Assembly (NCBI GenBank): GCA_937928735.1
Contig: CALFVF010000008.1
Coordinates: forward strand, 1,971 to 65,970
DNA length: 64,000 nt
Source: an uncultured Verrucomicrobiales bacterium
Lineage (GTDB): Bacteria > Verrucomicrobiota > Verrucomicrobiia > Verrucomicrobiales > Akkermansiaceae
Direction of reading: 5' to 3'
The notes below the pieces were generated by a model that saw only the letters and a program-made list of their open reading frames with translations, was not told the DNA's origin and did not search any database. Position numbers and translations under genes: made by a program. Below are positions 19,415-28,986 of this stretch, one piece after another. Each line of letters begins with the position of its first letter. Positions within the stretch are counted from its first letter, which is position 1.

Positions 19415-19954
19415 ATGTCACGTATTGGTAATAAAGCCATCTCTTTTCCAGAGAAGGTGAAAGTAACAGTTCAGGGAACAGCCGTTTCCGTAGAAGGCCC
19501 TAAGGGTAAGCTTGAGTGGAGTCTTCCACTCGGAATTACAGCGAAGATAGAAGACTCAGCAGTCGTTGTTGAGCGTGCCGACGAATCTCGTCAGCTTCGC
19601 GCACTTCACGGTACAGCTCGTTCACTCATCAACAACATGGTGATTGGTGTTCACGAAGGATTTAAGAAAGATCTTGAGATCATTGGTGTCGGTTTCCGTG
19701 CAGCAGTGAAAGGCAAGAATCTTGATTTATCTCTCGGTAAGTCTCACCCAATCATTCACCCAATTCCAGAAGGTCTCACTGTCAAAGTGGAGAAGAACAC
19801 AAGTGTTTCTGTAGAAGGAATTGACAAGCAACAAGTCGGTCAGTTTGCCGCTGAAGTGCGTGGTTACTACCCACCTGAGCCATACAAGGGTAAAGGGGTA
19901 CGCTACGTAGGAGAGTACGTCCGTCGTAAGGCTGGTAAGTCTGTTGGTAAGTAA
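19415..19954 (+). CDS. rplF: 50S ribosomal protein L6
   Basis: MSRIGNK, GPKG, HGTARSL, PEPYKGKGVRY. Confidence 0.98.
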   Translation: MSRIGNKAISFPEKVKVTVQGTAVSVEGPKGKLEWSLPLGITAKIEDSAVVVERADESRQLRALHGTARSLINNMVIGVHEGFKKDLEIIGVGFRAAVKGKNLDLSLGKSHPIIHPIPEGLTVKVEKNTSVSVEGIDKQQVGQFAAEVRGYYPPEPYKGKGVRYVGEYVRRKAGKSVGK

Positions 19955-19984
19955 GAATCAGAAACGAATAACCATTCTAATATA

Positions 19985-20341
19985 ATGAGTAAAATGAATC
20001 GTCAGGATGTCCGTAAGCGCATCCACCGTCGTATCCGTAAAAAGGTTTCTGGAACAGCTCAGCGTCCGCGCCTTGCTGTGAAGTATTCTAACCAGCACAT
20101 TTACTGTCAGCTAATTGATGACGTTGCAGGTAATACACTTACTTCAGCCTCATCACTCGACAAATCAGTAGAATCACCAGCTTCAAATAAAGAAACTGCC
20201 CAAAAGGTAGGCGCTCTTATTGCAGAGCGTGCCAAGGCTCTTAAGATCGAGAGCGTTGTCTTTGATCGTGGTGGTCACCTCTTCCATGGTAAGGTCGCCT
20301 CTCTCGCAGATGCTGCTCGCACCGCTGGTCTTCAATTCTAA
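19985..20341 (+). CDS. rplR: 50S ribosomal protein L18
   Basis: [35 protein letters not shown]. Confidence 0.97.
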   Translation: MSKMNRQDVRKRIHRRIRKKVSGTAQRPRLAVKYSNQHIYCQLIDDVAGNTLTSASSLDKSVESPASNKETAQKVGALIAERAKALKIESVVFDRGGHLFHGKVASLADAARTAGLQF

Positions 20342-20355
20342 CCACACACCGAAAC

Positions 20356-21018
20356 ATGTCTGAAAATACAGAAAATAAACCAGCTGAGAAAGCTGAAACA
20401 AGCGCTGCTACTCCAGCCAGTACTGCTGGTGCCCCAACAAATGGTGCAAGGCAAGATGAGCGTGGTGGTCGTGGCCGTGGTCCTCGTAGAGAGCGTCCTC
20501 AGCGTCAGGCTCCTCCAAAGCCAATGACCGAAGACGGTAAAGAGCTTCAGGAAAAAGTCGTTTTCATTAACCGCTGTGCGAAAGTTGTCAAAGGTGGACG
20601 TCGTTTCTCCTTCTCAGCCCTCCTCGTTTCCGGTGACGGTGAAGGACGCATTGGTGTCGGATTCGGCAAGGCCAAAGAGGTCGCTGAATGCATCAGAAAA
20701 GCTTCTGAGACAGCTCGCCGCAGACTAGTGAGAGTGTCTATTGTTGAGGGAACTATCCCACATGAGACATATGCTGAATACGGTGGTGGTAAGGTTCTTC
20801 TTAAGCCTGCCTGCCCAGGTACTGGTGTTATTGCTGGTGGTGGTGTCCGTGCTGTGTGTGAGACAGTGGGTATCAAGGACGTTCTTGGAAAGTCCCTTGG
20901 TTCTAATAATCACGCTAATGTTGTGAAAGCGACAGTGAAGGCTCTTTCTCAGCTACGTACTCGCGAGACAGTTCTTAGCTCTCGTGGTAAGAAAATCGAA
21001 GAGAAGAAAGCTCTCTAA
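20356..21018 (+). CDS. rpsE: 30S ribosomal protein S5 with N-terminal extension
   Basis: [31 protein letters not shown]. Confidence 0.98.
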   Translation: MSENTENKPAEKAETSAATPASTAGAPTNGARQDERGGRGRGPRRERPQRQAPPKPMTEDGKELQEKVVFINRCAKVVKGGRRFSFSALLVSGDGEGRIGVGFGKAKEVAECIRKASETARRRLVRVSIVEGTIPHETYAEYGGGKVLLKPACPGTGVIAGGGVRAVCETVGIKDVLGKSLGSNNHANVVKATVKALSQLRTRETVLSSRGKKIEEKKAL

Positions 21019-21078
21019 TTATTCTAGGCGGAGAGCAGTGAATGCTCTCTCCGCGTCATTCTAAACGAACTTATATAT

Positions 21079-21519
21079 ATGGAACTTCATAATCTTAAGC
21101 CTAACACAGGGTCTAAGCACCGTGTGAAACGCCTAGGTAAAGGTGAGAGCTCTGGTCTTGGTAAGACATCAGGTAGAGGTCACAAAGGACAGAAATCACG
21201 CTCAGGTGGTGGTGTTCGTCCTGGCTTTGAAGGTGGTCAGATGCCATTGCACCGCCGTCTTCCTAAGCGCGGCTTCAACAATGTCCGCTTCGCCGATAAA
21301 GTGGTTACAGTGAACTTGTCCAAACTCGAATTCCGTTTCGAGGACGGTGACACAGTGAACGAGGAATCACTTCGTGCTAAAGGACTTATCAAAGGATCCT
21401 TTGATAAAATCAAGATTCTTGGTGTTGGTGAACTCAGCAAGAAGCTCACCATCGCAGTAGACGCGTACAGTGCCACTGCTAAAGAAAAGATTGAAAAAGC
21501 AGGCGGGTCGATTAGCTAA
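21079..21519 (+). CDS. rplO: 50S ribosomal protein L15
   Basis: GKTSGRGHKGQKSRSG, FEGGQMPL.RRLPKRGF. Confidence 0.98.
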   Translation: MELHNLKPNTGSKHRVKRLGKGESSGLGKTSGRGHKGQKSRSGGGVRPGFEGGQMPLHRRLPKRGFNNVRFADKVVTVNLSKLEFRFEDGDTVNEESLRAKGLIKGSFDKIKILGVGELSKKLTIAVDAYSATAKEKIEKAGGSIS

Positions 21520-21634
21520 TCTTCCTCCTCTGTGGAAAGGTGCCTAACAGTGCCTTTTATTACTTTTGTGAGGAAGCACTTGCGTGCTTCCTCACTTTTG
21601 CTTATCAAAAGCCCAGTTTAATTCTAATAACACA

Positions 21635-23149
21635 ATGATTTCCGCTTTCGCGAATACTTGGAAAGTCCCCGAGCTTAAAGAGCGCATTATTTATGTGCTA
21701 CTCATGATTGTGATCGTGCGCCTTGGTGTGCATGTCACATTACCTGGTGTCAATAGTGTCGCTATTGAGAACTTCCTACTCGATCGAGCTTCTAAGGGCG
21801 AGAGTAGTGGTGGTCTACTCGGGATGATGACCACGGTGTTTTCCGGTGGTGGATTACAAGCACTGGGTATCTTTGCACTGGGTATTATGCCCTACATTTC
21901 AGCCTCCATCATGATTCAGCTCATGACCGCTGTGGTGCCAAAATTAGCCAAACTCTCTCGTGAAGACGGTGGACGCCAGAAGATTAACCAATACACACGT
22001 ATCGTCACTATTGTGATTGCCCTAGTGCAGGGTTTCATGCTGGCGAAGGGTATGCTAGGTAATCCTAGCTACATTCCTGGTTTCCAAGGATTTGACCCAG
22101 CGATTCACGGTGAGCTTGTTCTTAATAAAGGGTGGACGTTTATGCCTACCATCGTGCTCACCATTGTCGCTGGTACACTGCTTCTCATGTGGATTGGCGA
22201 CCAAATGACAGAGAGAGGTATTGGTAATGGTACATCCATGATTATTACCGTAAATATTATCTCTTCTCTCCCAGGTGCCTTAACACTCATGTGGACCACT
22301 CTCATTGGTTCTGCAGGCACAGCGGGTGCTGTCTTTGTGGTCTTCTTGATCGCATTCTTGATTTTTGTTGTAGCGGCTGTGATTTCCATCACACAAGCAC
22401 AGAGACGTATTGCCATCCAGCACGCAAAGCGTGTTGTCGGGCGTAAGCAGTTCGGTGGAGGTCAGACTCAGTATCTTCCACTGAAGCTTAACTATGCGAA
22501 TGTGATGCCAATCATTTTTGCCACTGCGATCTTAGGTCTTTTCCCAATGATTGGGCAGATGTTTAGTGCGGGATGGGCCCAGTCGATCAATGAAGTTCTC
22601 TCCCCAAATGGTGGTTGGTACTATGTGATTGCTGGTATCATGATCTTTTTCTTCTCCTACTTCTGGGTGGCAACCATGTTCCAGCCTTCTGAAATTGCGG
22701 AGAACCTCAAGCGCAGTGGTGGTTACATCCCAGGTGTTCGCCCAGGTGAGCCTACAGCGAAGTTCTTAGATTTTACGATGACTCGTCTGACTTTCGCCGG
22801 TGCAGCATTCTTGACCATTATCTTCATGCTCCCGTGGGGTGTAGGTCTCATGCCGAGACTCTTTGATGGGGAAACACTGCCCATTATTGTGACTGGTTTC
22901 TTTGGTGGAACTAGTTTGCTGATCATGGTGGGTGTTCTCCTTGATATCATGCGCCAAGTGGAAACACACTTGCTCCAGCGCGAGTATGATGGATTCCTCA
23001 GAAAAGGTAAGCTGAAGGGTGGCCGCTATGATAAGCGTGGGCAGGCAAGAATTTCCCAAGGGAGTGGCTCAGCTGTTTACCTCATGGCGATTGTTGCTGT
23101 CTTTGTTGTTCTTGGTGTTGTTGCCATGACAATCAATGGACTTAAGTAG
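21635..23149 (+). CDS. secY: Preprotein translocase SecY with extra C-terminal hydrophobic segment
   Basis: ALGIMPYISASI, GIGNGTSMII, YLPLKLNYANVMPIIFA, IPGVRPG, GGTSLLIMVGV; ATG at 21635. Confidence 0.97.
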   Translation: MISAFANTWKVPELKERIIYVLLMIVIVRLGVHVTLPGVNSVAIENFLLDRASKGESSGGLLGMMTTVFSGGGLQALGIFALGIMPYISASIMIQLMTAVVPKLAKLSREDGGRQKINQYTRIVTIVIALVQGFMLAKGMLGNPSYIPGFQGFDPAIHGELVLNKGWTFMPTIVLTIVAGTLLLMWIGDQMTERGIGNGTSMIITVNIISSLPGALTLMWTTLIGSAGTAGAVFVVFLIAFLIFVVAAVISITQAQRRIAIQHAKRVVGRKQFGGGQTQYLPLKLNYANVMPIIFATAILGLFPMIGQMFSAGWAQSINEVLSPNGGWYYVIAGIMIFFFSYFWVATMFQPSEIAENLKRSGGYIPGVRPGEPTAKFLDFTMTRLTFAGAAFLTIIFMLPWGVGLMPRLFDGETLPIIVTGFFGGTSLLIMVGVLLDIMRQVETHLLQREYDGFLRKGKLKGGRYDKRGQARISQGSGSAVYLMAIVAVFVVLGVVAMTINGLK

Positions 23150-23238
23150 TCGCTACCATTGATTCTATATTATTGACTCTACACCATTTGGTGAGAAATC
23201 ATTTAGTGGTCTCAGACTCGACTTCGTAGTACGCTAGA

Positions 23239-24051
23239 ATGGCAAAACGTAAAAAAAGGAGTTCACGTATCCATATTAAATCTCCTGAGGAGATTGAGGA
23301 GATGCGTGTTTCTTGTGAAATTGCTAGTCAAATTCTACAGAGTACAGCGAAGTTCATTGAAGCTGGCAAGACGACCAAAGAAGTCGATTTATTTGCAGCG
23401 GCACAAATCAAAGAGCATGGCTGTGAAAGTGCCTTTTTGGGCTACCGAGGCTTCCCTGGAAATATCTGTATTTCACCCAATGCTGAAGTCGTTCATGGTA
23501 TCGGTGGCGATTATGTGATCCAGGACGGAGATGTGATTAGCATTGATGTCGGTATTACAAAAAATGGCTGGATAGGTGATAATGCGACAACAGTTCCCGT
23601 GGGTGATATTGATGATGACACGAAGCGTCTATTAGCTGTGACGGAACAAGCCCTCTACGAGGCTATAAGTTATGCGAGAGAGGGCGAATACTTAGGTGAC
23701 TTGTGTGCTGCTGTTTCTGATTATGTCTCCCAGTTTAAGATGGGTGTGGTCAAAGAACTAGTTGGCCACGGTGTCGGCAGAGACCTCCACGAAGAACCAT
23801 CTGTGCCAAATTTCCGCCCTGCTGGTAAAACGCCAGTGTTGCGAACAGGCATGGTCTTGGCGATTGAGCCGATGATTAATCTTGGAACCGCACGAGTGGA
23901 CTTCCTTGATGATGGATGGACGGTGAAGACAAAGGACCAAAAGAATTCAGCCCACTTTGAGCACACTGTGTGCGTGGGTGAGCATGCACCTGATATCTTA
24001 ACGGCTCGCCCTAGAGAGGCTACTCCAGAGTTATTGGGAATTAGTCTATAA
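23239..24051 (+). CDS. map: Methionine aminopeptidase type I
   Basis: VVHGI, ISIDVG, GHGVG, AIEPMIN, SAHFEHT. Confidence 0.96.
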   Translation: MAKRKKRSSRIHIKSPEEIEEMRVSCEIASQILQSTAKFIEAGKTTKEVDLFAAAQIKEHGCESAFLGYRGFPGNICISPNAEVVHGIGGDYVIQDGDVISIDVGITKNGWIGDNATTVPVGDIDDDTKRLLAVTEQALYEAISYAREGEYLGDLCAAVSDYVSQFKMGVVKELVGHGVGRDLHEEPSVPNFRPAGKTPVLRTGMVLAIEPMINLGTARVDFLDDGWTVKTKDQKNSAHFEHTVCVGEHAPDILTARPREATPELLGISL

Positions 24052-24145
24052 GTTCTTCTGAAATATCCTCGCCTGATTGGCGGTGTTTTTATTGACTTGT
24101 TTAAAATTAACTAGTTTTTTGGAAGTGCTTGGTTAGCATAGTGCT

Positions 24146-25189
24146 ATGACATTTTCAAAGAGAACTTGGTTAGCCGTAGTGTGCTGTTCACTAGTGACAA
24201 GTTTGAGCTCAGTTATCGCTCATGAGGGTGAACATGATTCTGAAGTTGAACTCATGGATGATGTGTACACTGGTAATGGAGCATTTCGATTTCTGGCAAA
24301 TTCTAGCTGGGGCAGCTTAGAGGGGAGAAAAAAGATTGGGCCTACCCACGGCGGAGTTGTCATCGATAAATCTGGAAACATATATGTCTCAACAGATGCG
24401 TCCCACGGTATACTTGTCTATGATGCTGAGGGGAATTATCTCAAATCTTTGAGTAAAAACTTGGTTGGAATTCACAGTATGGCTCTGAGAGAGGAAAATG
24501 GGGAAGAGTATTTGTACTGCGCTCATTTAAAAGGGAAATCATCTCTTGGGCCAGGCCGCTTTGTGAAGCTAACATTGGATGGTGAAGAAGTGCTTCAGAT
24601 CCCGAATGATCAAACCGGGGAAATCCCGAGAGGTTTAAAAGGTGTGACAGGAGTTGCCGTGACCAATGAAGGGGAGATTTTTCTGAGTTGTGGCTATGGT
24701 TCTAACTATATTTTAAAATTTGATGCAGAAGGGAAGTTCTTGCACCATTTTGGCGGCAAAGGAGGAAAGAATCATCTGTTTAATCGACCGCACGGTATTT
24801 CTATTGATACTCGCTATGAGGAGCCGAGATTGTTAGTAGCTGATCGTGAGAAGATGCGCTTAGTGCATTTTGATCTAGAAGGTAAGCTCATCGCTGAATA
24901 CGCGACTCACCTCAGACGCCCTTGTGCCGTCTCATTTCACGGCGAGTACTGCGCAGTGGCTGAGTTACAAGGCAGGGTGACCATTCTCGATAAGCAGGGA
25001 ACACCTGTAGCGTTTCTAGGAGATAATCCTAAGCAGGAACAATGGGCTAAATTCGGAGTACTCCCAGAAGCCCAGAAGAAAGGTATCTTCTCAGCACCAC
25101 ACGGCCTTAGCTATGATAAAGACGGTAACTTATACGTGCAAGACTGGAACAAGTCAGGCCGACTGACAAAGCTAACCTGGCAGCGTTGA
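24146..25189 (+). CDS. Exported NHL-repeat six-bladed beta-propeller (peptidylglycine lyase-like)
   Basis: Signal peptide; PTHGGV, GIHSM, SCGYG, FNRPHGI, VADRE, RRPC, SAPHG. Confidence 0.8.
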   Translation: MTFSKRTWLAVVCCSLVTSLSSVIAHEGEHDSEVELMDDVYTGNGAFRFLANSSWGSLEGRKKIGPTHGGVVIDKSGNIYVSTDASHGILVYDAEGNYLKSLSKNLVGIHSMALREENGEEYLYCAHLKGKSSLGPGRFVKLTLDGEEVLQIPNDQTGEIPRGLKGVTGVAVTNEGEIFLSCGYGSNYILKFDAEGKFLHHFGGKGGKNHLFNRPHGISIDTRYEEPRLLVADREKMRLVHFDLEGKLIAEYATHLRRPCAVSFHGEYCAVAELQGRVTILDKQGTPVAFLGDNPKQEQWAKFGVLPEAQKKGIFSAPHGLSYDKDGNLYVQDWNKSGRLTKLTWQR

Positions 25190-25249
25190 GTCAACCTGAG
25201 TGCAATCTAAGAGAAAGTAGGTGACCGGAGCCACCACTAAGACTTAGTT

Positions 25250-26134
25250 ATGAAACAGTTGGTACTACGATTTCTACTCACCCTACTTGCGGTCTTGTCT
25301 GGCACTACGATCAGCGCTGCTGCAGTACAGGAAGCGCGTTGGGGAATCGTTTTTGAAAAAGCTTACGTCTGTGAAGCTAAACCATACGTTTCCGATGAAT
25401 GTATAGCCCCAAAGAAGACAGGGAGGGTTCTTTGCTTTGCCGCTGGAATTGAGGTGGCGACCTCTGAGGGAAGCATTCCGATCGAAGAGATCAAAGAGGA
25501 TGACCTGGTCTTGGCGTTTGACTTCGAAATCAGGGAAGTGTTCGAACGGGAAGTATATGAAAGCCATCATAGCTCCACCAAGGGATGGGTTCTGGTAACC
25601 ACCGATAAGGGCGATGAGATCTTAGCTACTCGGTTTCACAGATTTTGGATTAAGTGTGCTTCTGAGTGGATCGAAGCTATAGAGCTTGAGAGAGGAATGG
25701 TTCTCCAGCTTGCGTCGGGTGAGAATGCGACGATTATTTCGGTTAAGGCAAAGCTTCTGGATCGACAGGAGAAGGCCTATAATTTTGAGGTTCGAGATCT
25801 CCATAATTACTTCGTTGGAGAATCGAGAGCGTTGGGACTGAAGCTTGCAAACCAAGGATCCGAAGCTGCCGAGAGGTCAGCTGAAGCGATAACACTTGGG
25901 CAAATGAACAAGGCTAGGAGAATTCCTGGTGTGGATGCTGTGCATCTAACTTTGCCTCCTAATACTGGAATGTTCGACAATCCAGGAGTAAAGCCACATG
26001 CCCATGGTGTAGACCATAAGGGCAAGCCTTGGTCGGTGAATATTGATGGCACACCCCATAATATTAACACTAAGAAGGGCTCGATTCCGAAAAAGGTTAG
26101 GGAGACTCTTCGTGCAGCTGGTTGGGATTGCTAA
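25250..26134 (+). CDS. Compact polymorphic toxin: signal peptide + PT-HINT domain + 93-aa C-terminal toxin tip
   Basis: Hint from C62 (CFAAG..IEEIKEDDLV..ILATRFHRFW..EWIEA.EL..G..AYNFEVRDLHNYFVG) to N201; tip contains PHAH..NIDGTPH. Confidence 0.8.
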   Translation: MKQLVLRFLLTLLAVLSGTTISAAAVQEARWGIVFEKAYVCEAKPYVSDECIAPKKTGRVLCFAAGIEVATSEGSIPIEEIKEDDLVLAFDFEIREVFEREVYESHHSSTKGWVLVTTDKGDEILATRFHRFWIKCASEWIEAIELERGMVLQLASGENATIISVKAKLLDRQEKAYNFEVRDLHNYFVGESRALGLKLANQGSEAAERSAEAITLGQMNKARRIPGVDAVHLTLPPNTGMFDNPGVKPHAHGVDHKGKPWSVNIDGTPHNINTKKGSIPKKVRETLRAAGWDC

Positions 26135-26664
26135 TGACTGATAAAGAGATACAGCGAATACTGCGTGAAAACAGTTTTGGTTCTGCAGTAGAATCCTTTA
26201 TGGGAATGCCCGATAAAAGCATCTATATCACCCGGCATGTGTTCGAAACGCATCTGCGCGCAGGAGTAGATGCAATTGATGGCGTTTTTGCAGGATCTTT
26301 ACTTTTTCTGGAATGGATTCAGGAAGCAAAAACCCTTAATGTTTGCGGGGTTGGCTGGGGCGTAATTTCGTTAACTGTGACCGATTCGTGGCTGTCAGCA
26401 AGCGAAGCAGATCTACAGAAATTACGAGTTCCGGCACCCTATTTGTCGGTTACGTTGTTCAAGTTGCCCGTTGACGAGGAATTGCATTTACAAAAGAAAC
26501 CTGGATCTGAGGATGTTGCTCTAGGCGTGTTTGAAAATGTCGCTTGGTCGGGAGAATTGTTTAATCGGGAATGCAGGAAGAACCTCGATCAGTTTGATCT
26601 CTGGCGATATACGCCCCCTAAATCGCATGAGTTTGTTGAGCATTATTGGGTTGTTTATTCATAG
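26134..26664 (+). CDS. Putative cognate immunity protein
   Basis: Starts in a TAATG overlap with the toxin stop; soluble; no signal peptide. Confidence 0.65.
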   Translation: MTDKEIQRILRENSFGSAVESFMGMPDKSIYITRHVFETHLRAGVDAIDGVFAGSLLFLEWIQEAKTLNVCGVGWGVISLTVTDSWLSASEADLQKLRVPAPYLSVTLFKLPVDEELHLQKKPGSEDVALGVFENVAWSGELFNRECRKNLDQFDLWRYTPPKSHEFVEHYWVVYS

Positions 26665-26787
26665 ATCTTTGGAGGCATCCGGGAGTACATCGTTGTTTGA
26701 CAAAAGTGATGTCAAAAAGGGGGAGGAGACCCCGAAGGCTCAGGAAAGAAAAAAGAAAAAGAAAAAAAGAAAGGAGCTTGGAAAAAG

Positions 26788-26859
26788 TAGGCCTACTAGG
26801 ACTCGAACCTAGAATGACTGAATCAAAATCAGTTGTGTTGCCGATTACACCATAGGCCT
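26788..26859 (-). tRNA. tRNA-Gln (UUG)
   Basis: AGGCCTA/TAGGCCT acceptor stem, CTGA-TTTTGAT-TCAG anticodon arm, GGTTCGAGTCC; CCA not encoded. Confidence 0.93.
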
Positions 26860-27080
26860 GTTTGTAAAGCTGGAATCTAGTACCCTAAACGCTCAGCGCG
26901 GCGAAGAATTAGAGGATGTGCCTAAAGAATGCAACCCATAAATTGTGAAAAATTTCAGAAACTCAAAAAGATTGAATGAATCTAGTGGTGAAGCGTCGTA
27001 TTTAGGAGTACGATTTCACTGAGAAACGTTGACAGAACCAGCGAATAACCAATACTTCACTACCAACACTTAAGACACTT

Positions 27081-27500
27081 ATGAGAACACTATACAGACT
27101 TTTAGTTGCTGCGACTTCTTTGACACTAGGAACAGCTAGCGTCTACGCAGAAGACGAGACTCCTCTCGCGAAAGAGATGAGTGAAACAAGCTCCGCTCTG
27201 AAATCTCTACGCAAGATCGCTAAGGACGACTATGTTGGTGGAGCTGCTGCGGCACGCACCGCGCACGAGGCTTTCTTAAAAGGTATGGTTTACCCTGCCG
27301 CAGCAATTGAGGCGATGCCTCCGGGTCTTGAGAAGGCAAAGGCACTTGCTGATCAGAGACGCATTAATGGTCTCGCCTATGCCGCTCTCTGCGAGCTAGA
27401 GATGGCTTACCTTGCGAAGGATGATGCTGCGATCAAGGCGGCCACCACGAAGATCAAGGAAGTAAAAAAAGAGGGTCACGATAAATACGAAGACAGTTAA
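27081..27500 (+). CDS. Exported cytochrome b562-like four-helix protein
   Basis: Signal peptide, early EM, all-helical composition, C-terminal KKEGHDKY. Confidence 0.65.
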   Translation: MRTLYRLLVAATSLTLGTASVYAEDETPLAKEMSETSSALKSLRKIAKDDYVGGAAAARTAHEAFLKGMVYPAAAIEAMPPGLEKAKALADQRRINGLAYAALCELEMAYLAKDDAAIKAATTKIKEVKKEGHDKYEDS

Positions 27501-27505
27501 TTGTC

Positions 27506-27772
27506 TTGCCCGCTAAGAAAAAGAAGAAAAAGCCACTCGAAGGGAAACACCTCATCAAGGAGGTGTGCCGCTTGATTCGAGTGGCTCGTTCGTACTGGGA
27601 CGCGCACAATAACCGCTCATGCCGCAGAGCGCGTGAGCAGGCGATGGCTCTCTATGAGACACTCACTCCAGAGCAGCGTGAGCAGGTACCACAGGTGCTG
27701 AGAGTCTGGCTACGCTACCGCAGTGAAAAATACTTTGGAGCTCACCGCACCGCACCTAAGAACCGTAGTTAG
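27506..27772 (+). CDS. Small basic hypothetical protein
   Basis: TTG start, tightly packed after the b562-like gene. Confidence 0.55.
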   Translation: MPAKKKKKKPLEGKHLIKEVCRLIRVARSYWDAHNNRSCRRAREQAMALYETLTPEQREQVPQVLRVWLRYRSEKYFGAHRTAPKNRS

Positions 27773-27900
27773 GTCGACATCTTTGTTTGAACTGATTTAG
27801 TTAGATAAATGAACCCAGAATGCACGTGGAGTAAGTGAAAAGATTAGAACAAATAGTACAGTTCAAACGAGTGAGAGAGGCCTGATTTCTGTTAGTAGAC

Positions 27901-28986
27901 ATGACGAACTCGATCACACAGCCTGACTTCGCGTATTTCTTTTTGAGTCTCATTCTAGAGGGGGCTCCTTACATTTTATTAGGCACCCTTATTAGTGGTT
28001 TTATTGATGTGTATATGCCCTCGGGTCTACACGAAAAAATCCTTCCTAAAAAAAAGGTGCCAGCCATTTTGATGTGTGGCCTCCTGGGCATCTTTATCCC
28101 GGTCTGTGAATGTGCTGTAGTGCCTGTGATTCGGCGCTTGGTGGCGAAAGGACTACCCGTGAGCTGTGCGTTTACCTATATGTTAGCCGCGCCGATTGTG
28201 AATCCCATCACATGGTTTAGTACGGCGACAGCATTCTCTGAGCAGCAGCAGTGGCTGGTGACATGGTCGCGTATGGGACTGGGCTACTTGATTGCTGTGA
28301 CAGTGGGTTTGATTCTAATGATAGTTCCCATTGAGAGAATCCTTAGGGACTCTCTTCTTAAGGTGATCCGCTCTGAGGGTGATCGTGTGGATGATGCGGA
28401 GTGCTCATCTCATTCTCATAGTGGTAAGTGCGGGCATCATGAGCACCATGATCATGCACATGCAGAGAGCTGCTGTGACCACGCACACCACCACTGTGAT
28501 CACAGTCATAGCCACGATCACGCGCAGGATCACAAAGGCCATAAGACTGAGAAATCTTCACCAGATCGACTCGTGCTTGCGATGCGTTCAGCGATGCGGG
28601 ACTTCATCGATGTCGGGGTGTACTTCTCTATCGGAGTGTCTCTGACTGTGCTCTTTAACTTATCCATTGCTGGAAATAATAGCGTGCTAGATGGTCTGGC
28701 GGCCAATGAATGGAGTGGTACCGCCACGATGATGGCACTTGCCTTTGTGCTGAGTGTTTGTAGTACCAGTGATGCCTTCATGGCAGCCACTCTGCATACC
28801 TTTAGTTATGGGGCGAAGATGGCCTTTATGGTTTTGGGCCCGATGCTGGATGTGAAACTCATTTTCCTCTACCAAACTGTGATGCGCGGGCGCTTTCTCC
28901 TCTGGTTGAGTCTTGGGTTATTTATTGGGGTCGGCCTGCTGTGTATTGGTTGGCAAGCTATTGTGGAGGTCATTTTATCGAGATAA
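27901..28986 (+). CDS. DUF318/YcgR-like metal permease with His/Cys-rich loop
   Basis: PVCECAVVPV, AAPIVNP, LSVCSTSDAF, GPMLDVK, and a ~50-aa poly-His insertion. Confidence 0.85.
   Translation: MTNSITQPDFAYFFLSLILEGAPYILLGTLISGFIDVYMPSGLHEKILPKKKVPAILMCGLLGIFIPVCECAVVPVIRRLVAKGLPVSCAFTYMLAAPIVNPITWFSTATAFSEQQQWLVTWSRMGLGYLIAVTVGLILMIVPIERILRDSLLKVIRSEGDRVDDAECSSHSHSGKCGHHEHHDHAHAESCCDHAHHHCDHSHSHDHAQDHKGHKTEKSSPDRLVLAMRSAMRDFIDVGVYFSIGVSLTVLFNLSIAGNNSVLDGLAANEWSGTATMMALAFVLSVCSTSDAFMAATLHTFSYGAKMAFMVLGPMLDVKLIFLYQTVMRGRFLLWLSLGLFIGVGLLCIGWQAIVEVILSR

Noticed and set aside
25225-25233. CCGGAGCCA, identical to the tRNA-Asn 3' end, upstream of the toxin gene
   Set aside because: Only 9 bp, and on the wrong side of the tRNA to be an attR; compatible with chance.
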